This document shows positions 40,494-54,323 of a stretch of DNA of 64,000 bases, one piece after another. The position numbers and the translations under genes are program-made. Each line of letters begins with the position of its first letter. Positions within the stretch are counted from its first letter, which is position 1. Origin of the DNA: Eledone cirrhosa (lineage: Eukaryota); contig OZ024752.1 in assembly GCA_964016885.1 (NCBI GenBank), positions 4,464,001 through 4,528,000 of the forward strand, read 5' to 3'. Under the pieces are notes generated by a model. The model did not search any database and was not told where the DNA came from. It saw nothing but the letters and a program-made list of their open reading frames with translations.

Positions 40494-41876
40494 ATCATCA
40501 TCATCATCATCATCAGGTTTAGCGTCCGTGTTCCACGCTTGCATGGGTTTGGACGGGGGTTTTCCCACTTGAGGCAAGAGTGGTTGTCTTGCTCGCATAG
40601 GACTGTCTGGCGGGTTTTCTACAGTTGGATGCCCTTCCTAACACCAACCACATTTACAGTGTGGGGCTGGGAGGTTTTTACTGTGTTGCCTACACGGCCA
40701 CATTACAGCGTGGACTGTCTGGCGGGTTTTCTACAGCTGGATGCCCTTCCTAACACCAACCACATTTACAGTGTGGGGCTGGGAGGTTTTTACCGTGTTG
40801 CCTACACGGTCACATTTACAGCGTGGACTGTGTGTTTTTTTGTCGTGACACCTACACGATCTCATTTGTTTCGGCCTGGATGTTGTGGGACCAACATAAC
40901 TTTACATTGAAAGGGGCGGTGTGGATGGGGTGGAGGTGGTGGGACGGGGGGGGGGGGGGGGGGGGTTGATAGAGATGCCTACTGACTATAGTAGGTTTTT
41001 ACTTTGTATTTAGGTAAGGCGGGTCTTCTCTATTACTGAGTACCGCCAAAGGTCTCGGTCCAGTGACATTGTCTTGGAGAGGTGTAAGCGTGTGAGGTCG
41101 GAATTTATCAGCTCGTCCCATGTTTTTCTGGGTCTGCCTACTCCGTGGCTACCGTCTATCTTTATTGCCCTGCACTTTGTTATACAGCTGTCGTCTTTCA
41201 TGCGCATCACGTGACCGTACCAACGTAGCCTTCTCTCGAGTAAACAACATCTGATCCCTCTTATTTCTAATTTTTTCCTTAGTTCGTTTATGCTTTGCCG
41301 TTCACGTATATTACTACTGCACATCCAGCGGAGCATGCAAGCTTCGTTCCTCTCTAGTCTGCGTATATCCTCTGCACACAATGCCCAGGTCTCACTGCCA
41401 TGCAGCATTGCTGTTCGTATGCAGGCATCGTATAACCTGCCTTTCATTTTTAGGGAGAACCCTCTAGCGGCTAATAGTAGTATAAGCTCTCTGAACTTTT
41501 TCCATCCAGTTCTGACTCTAGCTACTGTACTTTCAGAGCACCCTCCCCCACTGCTGATTTTGTCACCCAGGTAACGGAAGCTGTCCACTATTTCTATAGA
41601 ACCCTCTGCGCAGTTGAAGGAGCTAGTATTTTTTGGGCACTTGCTGCTACTTATTGCACCAGAGCACCGGCCACATGTAAAATCTATGTTCTTAGTTAGC
41701 TTACCTGTGATCCCACTACATCTTTTATGCACCCATACTTTGCATTTGGGACATAAAATGGAGTTTCTACCTACGCCTTTCCTACACACTGAGCATGGCC
41801 ATTTCCCAGATGGGAATGCCGCCTTATTTTCTTTCCTACAAACTAGAACTTTAGTCTTAGCCATGTTAATTTTAAG
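40494..41876 (-). mobile_element. RTE LINE family A 3' part, longer copy with internal UTR duplication
   Basis: ORF 41010..41864 (284 aa, Cys-rich insert, FRYLGD, GSETW, GRPRKTW) is nearly identical to the 33.5 kb copy. A roughly 110-bp UTR segment is repeated within 40600-40830. Confidence 0.92.
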
Positions 41877-41998
41877 GCATATATATATATATATACTTAT
41901 ATATATATATATACTTATATACTTATATATATATATATATATACTTATATATAAGAGTGAGAAATGACATTTTATTTCATTTTTTACATTTATATATA

Positions 41999-42031
<33 letters not shown>

Positions 42032-42368
42032 TTTATGTATAATTTTTTTCTTTTTTGTTGTCTTTTCCTTAAGTATAATATTTGTTTTATTCTATTTTCT
42101 ATTTTTATTTCTCTTTTATTTCTACTATTTTTCTATTTGTATTATTTGTATTATTATTCTCTGTGCTACACAATTGTCATTTGAATTTCTATCACTTTTG
42201 TTCTTTGAATTGTCTTGTCTTCTTTCCTTCTTTCTTTCCTTGTGCTGCTGCCATTCTGCCATTCTGTGATTCTGTGATTCTGTGATTCTGTGATTCTGTG
42301 ATTCTGAAAACTGGTGTGTTTGGCTTTGAAAGAGAGATACTTGATTCCAGTCTTCTTTATATACATAT

Positions 42369-42369
<1 letters not shown>

Positions 42370-42409
<40 letters not shown>

Positions 42410-43080
42410 CATGCATGTGTGTGTGTATATATATGCATGTGTGTGTGTATGTATATGCACTTGTGTGTCTGTATGTGTATATATGCATGTGTGTGTATGT
42501 ATATGCACGTGTGTGTCTATGTATATATATGCATGTGTGTGTGTATGTATATGCATGTGTGTGTCTGTATGTATATATATGCATGTGTGTGTGTACGTAT
42601 ATGCATGTGTGTGTACGTATGTGCGTGTGTGTGTGTGTATATGTGTGTATGTATATGCATATGTGTGTGTATGTATATGCACGTGTGTGTGTACGTATAT
42701 GCACGTGTGTGTGTACGTATATGCATGTGTGTGTGTATGTATATGCGTGTGTGTGTATATGTATATGCATGTGTGTGTATATAAATGCGTGTGTGTGTAT
42801 ATGTGTGTATGTATATGCATGTGTGTGTGTATATGCATGTGTGTGCATATATATGCATATATGTGTGTGTATATATAAATGCATGTGTGTGTGTGTGTGT
42901 GTGTGAATATATATAGTAATGGTTATAGTATTGGAGGTAGTAGTAATAGTAGTGGTGGTAGTAGCAGTGGCAGTCGTAGTAGTAGTAGTAGTAGTGGTGG
43001 CAGTGGTAGTAGTAGTGGTGGTAGTAGCAGTGGCAGTCGTAGTAGTAGTGGTGGTAGTAGCAGTGGTAGTAGTAGTAGTG

Positions 43081-43124
<44 letters not shown>

Positions 43125-44050
43125 GGTGGTAGTAGCAGTGGCAGTCGTAGTAGTAGTAGTAGTGGTGGTAGCAGTGGCAGTGGTAGTAGTAGTAGTAGTA
43201 GTGGTGGTAGTGGTGGTAGTAGCAGTGGCAGTGGTAGTAGTAGTAGTGGTGGTGGTAGTAGCAGTGGCAGTCGTAGTAGTAGTAGTAGTAGCAGTGGCAG
43301 TGGTAGTAGTAGTGGTGGTAGTGGTGGCAGTGGCAGTCGTAGTAGTAGTAGTAGTGGTGGTAGTAGTAGCAGTGGCAGTGGTAGTAGTAGTAGTAGTGGT
43401 GGTAGTGGTTGTAGTAGCAGTGGTGATGAGGAAGAAGGATTGAGAGAGGAAACAATAAGTGGAAACAAAGGAGAACTGTTTAAAGTTGAAGTAGCTTCCA
43501 CTGATTTCCTGGCAATGAAACAACCTAGTGGCTGCTGCTGCTGCTGCTGCTGGTGGTGGTGGTGGTGGTGGTGGTGGTGGTGTAGGAGATGATGGTGGTG
43601 GTGGTGGTGGTGGTGTAGGAGGTGGTGGTGGTGGTGGTGGTGGTGTAGGAGATGGTGGTGGTGGTGGTGTAGGAGATGGTGGTGGTGGTGGTGGTGTAGG
43701 AGATGGTGGTGGTGGTGGTGGTGGTGTAGGAGATGGTGGTGGTGGTGGTGGTGGTGTAGGAGATGGTGGTGGTGGTGGTGGTGGTGTAGGAGATGGTGGT
43801 GGTGGTGGTGGTGGTGTAGGAGATGGTGGTGGTGGTGGTGGTGTAGGAGATGGTGGTGGTGGTGGTGGTGGTGTAGGAGATGGTGGTGGTGGTGGTGGTG
43901 GTGTAGGAGATGGTGGTGGTGGTGGTGGTGGTGTAGGAGATGGTGGTGGTGGTGGTGTAGGAGATGATGGTGTTGGTGGTGGTGTAGGAGATGATGGTGG
44001 TGCTGTTGGTGTAAGAGATGATGGTGGTGATGGTTGTATGGTTATTGTTG
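42370..44050. repeat. Compound low-complexity block: (TG/TA)n, (AGT/GGT)n and (GGT)n-gtaggagat minisatellite
   Basis: Direct inspection. Confidence 0.9.
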
Positions 44051-44560
44051 TTGATGGTGGTATAGATACTGGCGCTGGCGTTGGTTGTGGCAATAATGAT
44101 AAAGGTGTTGATGGTAGTGATAATGATATTGGTGGGGGTGAGGCGTTATGTTGAAAATGGCAGTGTGGGGGAAAGTACCCAGAGGCAGATCATGCTTTAG
44201 CCAGAGGTCCACAATATTTAAAGGGCTCTAAATCTTTGCTGCCATAAATATTAGCAGCCACCATCCAATGGAATTTTCAGCCGATGACTTAATTTACCCT
44301 TGGTGGCAGCAGTGACAGATAATCTGGAAGTAATGTTGTTGTTGTTATTGAACCTCAGATCAGCATTGATTGAGCAAACCTATGATCAAAGGCTTTCATT
44401 CCACTCTATGGCCACCTTTTAGAGGTAACTGTTCCTAATTTATATCAATAAAGCCTAACTGTTTCCAGACTATAGTGTTTGATTTGACGAATATTTGACT
44501 GTAGTTTCTAACAAAGAGATTGACACATAAACGTTCTCAAAGTTTTTCTTGTGTGCATAT

Positions 44561-44622
<62 letters not shown>

Positions 44623-45018
44623 ATATATATATATATATATATACAGGATGGCCGATTGAACAGGAAGTTAGAAATAGATAGTAATCTAACCACTACCATG
44701 CTAGTTGATACATCAATCTCCACCGTTTAATTGACCCTCTGAAACGATTGTAAAACAATTAACTAATTCCGTACTTACATCTGACTTCTGTTTTTATTGT
44801 TCAAACACATGTAAATGACTCTGTAACCTGGATTGATTTTCTTTTCTCAGTTCCTTTTCTGCATATCGAACATGGCCATTTCCCTGACGGAATCAGGGTT
44901 TTGTCCTCTTTTCTACTCATGATATATATATGTGTGTGTGGGGGGGGGGGGGGGGGAATAAATAACAACAAGGAGTACAGTTACGAAAGGTGTTAGGTAT
45001 TAGGTTCACGCTTGAGAG

Positions 45019-45054
<36 letters not shown>

Positions 45055-46111
45055 TGTTTAAATATAGGGGATAGAGAACCACCAAAGTGAGGAACATATT
45101 GTCTATGGAAGGAAAGGAGATGAATTAAAAGAATTAAAGTGTACAAACCATCCAATAATAACTATTACACCTGGACATGCTCAAATGAGAGAATGTTTTG
45201 CCACAAAAAGTGTAGATTCCGTATTGTAGAGGGATTCTCTACAGGTGCTCGACAATATGGCCTACACTTCTAAAAAAATATATTAGATAACTAAAACAAT
45301 GCACATGGTGTAGAGAGAAGATATGTGCGTTATATAGTCAATGTTCATGTGACTGGACCAAAAGACCGCTAAAAACAGCAGCTCAGAACCATTCAACTTA
45401 ACAAGCTCTACTTACATATAGAAATGAATTAGGAGGAAATATTTCAAATAAAAAAATGGAGTTTACAGACTCAGCTTAATCACCTATAATTTAATGAGCT
45501 CAAGGAATGGATTCCGAGCTCTTTTTAGGTGGGCATATAGCTGTTAGCAAGATGCAGCCCATAGCTTATCTATGAGGCCATACCCCCAGGAATGTACTGA
45601 ATTTGTCTTTGACAATCTTGCTAACACTTGCTAGCAAGGAAAATGGATGTAAGATATTGATGGTGATGATGAAGCTGAGGATGATGATGATAATTGTGTG
45701 TGTGGTGAGAAATAGACATACATATATGTCTATATACTGTCTCACACCCTCACACTATCTCTCCATCTCTCAATTTTTCTCTTTATCTCTCTCACTGTCT
45801 CTCTCTCTCTCTCAATCTCCCTCTCACTGCCTCTCACAATCTCTCTCTAGAAACATATCTATCTCTATATGTCTCCCACTCTCGCCACCGTCTCTGCCAT
45901 GGCCTCTATCTGTTTCTTTGCCTCTCACTTCACAACCTCCATAACCCTCTCGCTGTGTATTAGTAACTAAATAGTTATGTTTATTTGTTTGAGAGTCTAG
46001 TAAATACTGTCATACATAATACAATAAATACTTAACATAGCGATACATTACTTAACTTTTGCCTCCCACTAGTCACTTCACTTAGCTTATATATATATAT
46101 ATATATATATA

Positions 46112-46635
46112 TAAGAACCAGATCGTCAGCATAAAGAAGTTCCCATGGGCAGCCAGTCTTAAACTCCTCTGTTATGGCTTGGAGGACTATAATGAACAAG
46201 AGCGGGCTGAGGACCGAACCTTGATGTACTCCTACTTGTATCTGGAATTCCTCACTAAACTCCATTCCTACTCTCACTTTACTGACAACACCTCTGTACA
46301 TAGCTTGCACTGTCCTCACAAGCCATTCCTCTACCCCTAGTTTCCTTATGGACCAGCAGATGACAGATCGGAGTACCCTATCAAAAGCCTTCTCTAAGTC
46401 AACAAAGGCTAAGTATAGTGGCTTATTCTTCTCTAAGAACCTCTCTTGTAGTTTCTCACTAAGAAGAGAGCATCTGTTGTACTCTTCCCAGTCACAAAAC
46501 CAAACTGCATCTCATCTAATTTGACCCTTTCTCTAATTAGTTGTACTAATATTCTCTCTGCCACTTTCATAACCTGATCCATCAGTTTTATGCCCCTATA
46601 ATTGCTCCTCTCCAGAGCATCCCCTTTACCTTTGT
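46112..46635 (-). pseudogene. Internal RTE RT fragment bounded by (TA)n
   Basis: VGVHQGSVLSPLLF, ELLYADDL, FVDLEKAFDRV in DNA; near-identical to 17555-17965. Confidence 0.88.
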
Positions 46636-46781
46636 ATATATATATATAAATGAATATGGGTAGTTATATATGTATATATATATATATATATAGGTGTGTG
46701 TTGTATGTACATGATTATGTATGTGTATATATGTATATCATCATTGTTTAATATCTATTTTCCATGGGTTAGTCATATATA

Positions 46782-47200
46782 TCATCATCATCATCATCAT
46801 TTTACGGCCGCTTTTCCCTGCTTGCAAGAGTGGGATGGGTCTTATTCAGCACAGCATCTCTCCACTTGTCACGGTCCCTCGTCATCTCCACCGTGAGCTT
46901 CAGCGATCTGAGGTCTGTTCTCACCACCTCCGCCCATGTTTTTCGTGGTCTACCTCTACCACATCTTCCCTCAAATGGCATTTCCTGGCACTTCTTCACC
47001 CATCGGTCATCCTCCATGCGCATCACATGTCCATATCACCTCAGTCTCCTCTCTCGCACACTACATTCTGTCCCTGTCAAACAGTTTCTCTCTCAACACA
47101 TTCATGCTGGGTCGATCACGCACATTGACACTGCACATCCAACGGAGCATGCTTGCCTCATTTCTCTCCAGCCATCGCATATGCTCTGCACTTGCTGCCC
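46782..47200 (-). mobile_element. RTE family B 3' end
   Basis: LERNEASMLRWMC, MRMEDDRWVKK, GRPRKTW; tail cccactcttgcaagcagggaaaagcggccgtaaaatgatg. Confidence 0.85.
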
Positions 47201-47424
47201 ATTTACAGCATGGACTGGGTGCTTTTATTTGTGCCACCAGCACTAGAGAGGATGTCTTACTAGACTCAAAGGCCCTCTCTACCCCTCCATTTTACAGCAT
47301 GGTCATAAAAAAAACACACTTATTGACACAGCACGCACACACACACACGCACACACACACCAACACTCATGCATACAAACTACAAATACACATGCCACTC
47401 ACACACCAACACTCATGCATACAA

Positions 47425-47456
<32 letters not shown>

Positions 47457-47554
47457 TACCGTCAGTACTGATACAAAATCATGTCAACTGTTGACTTTTC
47501 CAGTCCAGTTCAGTTTTTATATAATAATAATAATAATAATTGTTTGCTTTACGC

Positions 47555-48030
47555 TGGTGATGGATGTGTTAGTGATGGGGGTGGGGGTGGATGGTGTCAG
47601 TGATGGTGATGGTGGTGGTGGTGGTGGTGGTGGTGCCAGTGACGGTGGTGAATGGTGATGGTGGTGAGTGGTGGTGGTGGATGGTGCCAGTGATAATGGT
47701 GGTGGTGGTGGTGGTGGATGGTGTCAGTGATGGCGATGGTGTTAGTGGTGGTGGTGGTGGAGGTGAAGGTGGTGGATAGTGTCAGTGATGGTGGTGGATG
47801 GTGACTGATGGTGGCGATGGTGGTGGTGGTGGAGGTAGTAGTGGTGGTGGTGAAGGTGGTGGATAGTGTCAGTGATGGCGGTGGTGGTGGAGGTAGTAGT
47901 GGTGGTGGTGAAGGTGGTGGATGGTGTCAGTGATGGTGGTTGTGGTGGTGGTAAAGGTGGTGGATGGTGTCAGGATGGTGTCAGTGATGGTGGTGGCAGT
48001 TGTTGTTGTTGCTGTTGTTGCTGCTGCCAT
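47555..48030. repeat. (GGT)n-derived minisatellite with ggatggtgtcagtgat units
   Basis: Direct inspection. Confidence 0.85.
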
Positions 48031-48872
48031 TGTTGTTCATTTCACTGATGCTGCTGCTGCAGACAATGGTGGTGTTATTGTTGCTGTTGAGGTAGTCGCT
48101 GGGTTGAAATTATATATATGATTATTTATACACACCATTTATGCATATATGTGTGTGTACATGCATACATATATATATAGATATGTATGCATATTCCTAC
48201 ACACATATCCTCTTCAAATCTGGCTCTTTATTTCTCTCTCCCTCTTCCTCGCAATTTCCCTACACACACACACACGCGCACATATTTACATACACATACA
48301 TTGTGAAAAAAAGTACTTTAAACACAACCTTAGTCTCTTCTTTCTCTTACAGTCTACTGGGGTACTTGATTTATTCAATTATTCATCATCATTGTTTATT
48401 GTCCATTTTCCATGTTAGCATTGGTTAGTTAAGTTGTCCTATTGTGAGACAAGTCAGATTGGGTGACCATGTCTTGCTTATACAAAATGGTTTCTGGCTT
48501 TGTTTCTATGACCAGATGCCCTTTCTAATGTTATTCACTTTACAGCATGGATTCGGTGCTTTTTATCATGGCACCCAAACAACCAACTGTGAGGTTGGGC
48601 TGGGTGCTTTTTCATTGTGTCAAGATACTATTTACAGTTATCAACTATTACTATACTTATGGCAAATATATCTTCATGGCTCCCTAAATACACACATGCT
48701 GTCCTGTAAAAAAAAGAAGAAATTTCCATTTCTTCCATTTCTTGTTCTATTTCTCATTCTATATTCGGATTAATGCCTGAAACATGAAGACCCTTTTTCT
48801 ATTATATCAAGCATTAAACTAATACATTTTGTACTGTATTATCCCCCATGTGGTTTTTCCTTGACTTTTCAC

Positions 48873-48905
<33 letters not shown>

Positions 48906-48918
48906 GGGCATTCGGCTG

Positions 48919-49080
48919 TAGACAACTACAAAAAAAATCTCATACCACTAATACCATCATGGAAAAGTGGATATAAAATGATGATATATATATATATATA
49001 CAAATATATCATTTTATATCTTTTTATATCCACTTTTCCATGATGGTATAAGTGGGATGAGATTTTTTTGTAGTTGTCTA
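48919..49080. repeat. Inverted duplication of a SINE/RTE-type 3' tail around (TA)n
   Basis: tagacaactacaaaaaaaatctc..ggaaaagtggatat is mirrored by atatccacttttcc..gagatttttttgtagttgtcta. Confidence 0.8.
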
Positions 49081-49156
49081 TATATATATATACACACACT
49101 TACTTATACACACACACACACACTCACATATGAACATTATCTGTAACTCCCCCCCT

Positions 49157-49431
49157 AACGGGTGGGATTGGTAATATCGGTAGAGGGTCGGACGCCATGC
49201 TTTCCAACATAGTTACGTCCCTTTACGATCTGAGTTCAAATCCCGCCGAGGTTGACTTTGCCTTTCATCCTTACGGGGTTGATAAAATAAAGTACTAGTA
49301 ATGCACTAGGTAATTGCTGGCCTTGTGCCTAAAGTAGAAACAATTATCTGTAACTCCCCCCTCCCCCCACCGCCAGCAATTATCCCAGTACATTACTGGT
49401 ACTTTATTTTATCGACCCCCGTAAGGATGAA
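49157..49431. mobile_element. Meta-like SINE (+, TSD attatctgtaactccccccct) and inverted fragment 49371-49431
   Basis: TSD at 49136-49156 and 49343-49363. Confidence 0.85.
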
Positions 49432-49458
49432 ATATATATATATATATATATATATAAC

Positions 49459-49554
49459 AAGTATGACCCCGACGGCAGAGCTCAAGCCGTTTCGACGGCT
49501 ATTTCTGGACTAGCCGTCGAAACGGCTTGAGCTCTGCCATCGGGGGTCATACTT
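49459..49554. mobile_element. Second fold-back copy of the same family
   Basis: Palindrome aagtatgaccccgacggcagagctc..gagctctgccatcgggggtcatactt, flanked by (TA)n. Confidence 0.7.
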
Positions 49555-49616
<62 letters not shown>

Positions 49617-49743
49617 ACACTACCTCTTTACAATATATATATACGATACAGACACACACACATATATGTTGTCACACAAACATATATATGTATAATACAC
49701 ACACACATGTGTTTGTCTGTATTTATAACATATATGTTTGTGT

Positions 49744-49795
<52 letters not shown>

Positions 49796-49918
49796 CTGTA
49801 TAGTAGTTTGATATTCTTGTCATATTTGGCACAGCAGGCAGCAGAGTGTGGTTTGATATCTTAAAGGAAGAAATTAATGTACATTTTTCTGATGTTTTGA
49901 AAAATTAAATCTTGTTAC

Positions 49919-50051
49919 CTTTACTGACAAGTTGATTGCAGGTTTTGTTATGTGTTTGAAGGCGGACACAGTATAGATGTATCTTTGAACAGCAGACTCT
50001 GCTGGGATTCCTCAATATGGTATTAAAAGAGATGAATAAGAATTTTTCCAT
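49919..50051 (-). CDS. Candidate coding exon MEKFLFISFNTILRNPSRVCCSKIHLYCVRLQTHNKTCNQLVSK (exon 49919-50098)
   Basis: Acceptor tttattttcccag, donor AAG|gtaaca, open frame from ATG to donor; unique sequence. Confidence 0.35.
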
Positions 50052-50549
50052 ATTTTTCAAGTTGTCACTTTATTTTATTGCTTCTTTCTGCTGCTCTTCT
50101 GGGAAAATAAACCAGAATTACATATATTGGAGACTCAACTTTTATCCATAATTCTTTCTCTCAGATTTACTTTGTTTTACTTTTTCCAAAGAAGAAGCTC
50201 ACCTAGATAGCCTTTCATATTTTTCTTTCATTTATTTGCTTTGTTTTTTTTTATTTGTTTTTTTTATTAGTTCTTCTTTCCTTTTATTTATTTCTCAATC
50301 ATTTTTTTCTTTTTCTTCCTCTGCCTTTCTTTCTTTCTCTCCTTTCTTTTCTTTTCTCCTTTCCCTTTTTGTTATTTTTCTCTCTCCTCCCTTTTTCTTT
50401 TCTTTTTTCTTTCCCTCCTTCTTTAATTCAATCTCTGTCTTTCTTTCTTTTGCTCATTCTTTCTTACTCTCTTCTTTTCTCCTGCTCTTCCATCTTTTCT
50501 CCATTCTTTCTCCATTTCTTTCTTCCTTCCTTCCATTCTTTCTTTCTTT

Positions 50550-50741
50550 AGGGCGATGGATTGGCAGTATCGGTAAAGGGTCTGACGCCACGCTTTGCAG
50601 CAAAGAGTTATGCCCCTTTATGGTCTGAGTTCAAATCCGCCGAGGTTAACTTTGTCTTTCATCCTTACGGGGGTCGATAAAATAAAGTACCAGTAATACA
50701 CTGGAATAATTGCTGGCCTTGTGCCAAAAGTAGAAACAATT
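50550..50741 (+). mobile_element. Meta-like SINE
   Basis: Consensus motifs, in a pyrimidine-rich tract. Confidence 0.85.
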
Positions 50742-52944
50742 ATTTATTTATTTCTTCCTTCCTTCTATTATTTCTTTCTTTTTCCTGTCATTTTCTCATT
50801 TTGTCTGTTGGAAAATCTTCCCTTTTCAGTAATATCTTTAGTTAGGTGAGAGGAGGGGGGGGGGGGTATTACAACACCAACAAGTAAAAAAACGAACAAC
50901 CACCAGAACACCAACATCAAAATTACTCTGATTTTCTTTGTAGAGTAAAAGTACAAATAAAACATTTCCAGAGAAATGTTTTTCTCCATCCTTGCTACTA
51001 TGTTCGTATCTTAGGTTATAGATTTGTTTTGTTTTTACATTATGTATGAGACATCAGCCTCTTGATATTTTGATCAGGTTATCTTATGCTTCATTCACTT
51101 CTTTTATTTATGTGTTTTTATGTAGCCATTCCTATGAATAGATAAATATTTCTGTAAAAAATAAATGGCTGAAGTTAATTTGGAGCAAACTAAATAAATA
51201 AATAAAGTTTGCTGTTTATATTGTTTAAAAACCTTATATATATATATACTTATATACACATATACATAAACACACACACACACATATATATATATATACA
51301 CGCACACACACATATACTTACACACACACATATGTATATATATATATATATACACATACACACATATATATATATACACATACATATATATATATATATA
51401 TAAACAAATTAACTTGAATATCAAGTTTGGGATGCGAGTGTATTAGAATTCATAGGAAAATGGAAAAACTCGGCGTATGGAAGCTGTTAAAGCAGCAAAA
51501 TACTGTGGAAGTGGCGTTGGGTAAAATATTACCTGGAAGGACAAAGATCAGCGACTCGGTGTGAGTTGACTCGAAGAAAAGAAGAGAAGATAGAAAGGAA
51601 GAAATAGAATGGATGAGAATAGATGACAAACATTAAAATATGTTCTTCACATCTCAACCTTCTGCAGTTTTGATACACACACTCATGTATACATGTTCAC
51701 ACACATACACATTATTACCATTATTTTCATGTTGGCATGGGTTTGACAGGACTTATGGAGGCAATGTTTTATTGCAGGCATATATAGCATATAGGCACAT
51801 GGTGTTCCTATTTTAAACCAGACACATGCATAGAATACTCTTCTGATTTGTGGTCTCCCCGGTCTCAACACGGCAGACTTTATATGTGTGTGTGTTTGCG
51901 TGTGTGTGTATGTATGTGTTTGTGTGTGCATGTTTTTGTGTGTGTGTGTGTTTGTGTATGTGTATTAAGCATTAAGAATTTGTGAGTTAAAGACGAAAAA
52001 AATGTTCAGTGAAAGAAGTGATAGCAGAAGAATGAAGTATCATGGCTTGTGTAAAGAGCTGATAACAAGAAGAAGAAGCAGTGTAGTAGTGTATTGTATT
52101 TAAATGATATATGAGTCCAGAAGGTTAAAGGAAATAATCAGAGAGCATTTATGATTGAAATTCTTTCATTTTGTTTTATTTTACATTATATATGTTACTG
52201 TGGATAAAAGAAAGTTATAATGAGCTTTCAGTGTTTGTAGATTTGAAAGGAGAATATAATTAGTTTTGTTATAATAAATTTAGTCATCAGTCTGTCTTTC
52301 TACTTTGGCAGATTTCTGATATAAATTTAAATGTAAATTACTTTCTAAACCCTGAATGGCTTTCAATGGCAAGTACTAGGCTCAGGTTTCAAAACATTGA
52401 GCTATATAGAGAGAGAAAAATCCACAATCTATTCTCCGAAGGGCTTTCAAAGGCTAATTCTGACTTCCACTTTCAGGATGTTAAGCTATAGAGAGAAATC
52501 TATCTCTTAAACCCTGGAGGGCTTTTAAAGGCCAATGCTGGGCTCTGGTTTCAAGTCATTAAAGTTATGGAGAGAGAAATTCAATCTTCCTCCTTGTTTG
52601 ATTCTATTCTATCTCTGGTAACATCTATGAGGATCTATCATTACATATATCTGAGAACGAGGTGGATTGGGACTCAGAGGATGAAATGTATAGTTCAAAT
52701 GGACAGCAATAGTCTCGCAGTGAATTTGAACCCAACGATTGTTTTGTTGATGTCTTTTGGTGATGACCACTATCATTATCATCATCATTATTATTATTAT
52801 CTGCTTGTTATACATCATTTATTGCTGGTGATGTAATGCAGATTCCAGCTGTCCACAAACAGTGGACTAAGGGGGCACCTTCAATAGTTAAACATTTTTC
52901 TGAGAATGCTTGCAGTTCCAAGGAGTGTTATTATTATTATTTGA

Positions 52945-53480
52945 AAGGCGGTGGTTTGGCAGCATTGGTGGAGTGTCAGCCGCCATGCTTTGCAGCATAG
53001 AGTTACGGCCCTTTACTGTATGAGTTCAAATCTCACCGAGGCTAACTTTGCCTTTCATTTTTACAGGGTCGATAAAATAAAGTACTAGTAATGCATTGGG
53101 ATAATTGCTGGCCTTGTGCCAAAAGTAGAAACAATTGTAATTATTTGAAACTTCCTTTGAGTTCTGCTTCTTTCCAATTCAAGCCGAGTGTCAAGCTGAG
53201 TGTCAACCTTGCACCTGAGGAGGCAACATTCAGTAATACACATATTTTACAACCAATTGACATACAAATAATGGTTTCTTATATAGGCACAAGGCCAGCA
53301 ATTTGGGAGGAGAGGAAGTCGATTAAATCGACCCCAGTATGTGACTGGTACTTTATTTTATCGACCCCATAAGGATGAAAGGCAAAGTTAACCTCGGCGG
53401 GATTTGAACTCAGATCATAAAGGGCCGTAACTCTATGTTGCAAAACAGGGCATTCGACCCTCTGCTGATACTGCCACTCC
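52945..53480. mobile_element. Two convergent Meta-like SINEs (+ 52945-53136; - 53268-53480)
   Basis: Consensus motifs. Confidence 0.83.
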
Positions 53481-53689
53481 ACAAGGGCATTAGTAGCAGC
53501 AGCAGTTGTAATAGCTGTATTAGTAGTATTAGTATTAGCTGTAGTAGTATAGGTATGAAGGTGTTGCTGAAGAGTTAGACTCAGTTTTAGTTATGGTTAT
53601 TATTAACGATTGTAAATTAACAAATATTGCTAAAGAGATTTGCTAACAGATTCAACACAACACTTTATCTCACTTCTTGGCTGTAAATA

Positions 53690-53690
53690 A

Positions 53691-53735
<45 letters not shown>

Positions 53736-53958
53736 GTTACTACTACTACTGTTACTACTACTGCTGCTGCTACTACTACTGCTGCTGCTACTACTACTGC
53801 TGCTGCTGCTACTACTGCTGCTGCTACTACTACTGCTGCTACTATTACTACTGCTGCTGCTACTACTGCCACTACCACTATTACTATTACTACTACCATG
53901 ACTACCACCACCACTGCCACTACCACCACCACCACCAACAACCACACCAACAACTACA
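53690..53958. repeat. (CTA/CTG)n repeat
   Basis: Direct inspection. Confidence 0.9.
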
Positions 53959-54323
53959 AAAAGAACCATTTCTATTCTTCAGAGATTGCATGAAAGCGTC
54001 ATAGTTTATATGTACCCTGCTACAGTTGCATTGTGTCGCTCCATTATATTCATAATTTGCCATCAAACCAGTATTTACATTATATGTCAGCACCCATTAC
54101 ATACATATTACTGCAGCATTGCTTTATTTCCTTCAATTGAAACTACCTACCATCACGTCTCTTCCCTTTTTACTCTAAAAACAAAGTGCTCTGCAGCCTT
54201 CAGGATGTAACCTAGATTCTTTGAATGTGTAGACTACAGGGTATTAATTATGATGTATATTGTTGCCATAAAATTCACTTAATGTTGATGTTGTTGTATG
54301 TGTGTGTGTAAATATATATATAT

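Noticed and set aside
42357-44093. 578-aa Pro/Thr-rich ORF resembling an extensin or mucin
   Set aside because: Translation of trinucleotide and dinucleotide repeats; non-ATG start, in-frame stop just upstream and no acceptor.
52600-52710. Acidic peptide SGNIYEDLSLHISENEVDWDSEDEM
   Set aside because: Short, ends in a stop, no convincing splice sites or family assignment.
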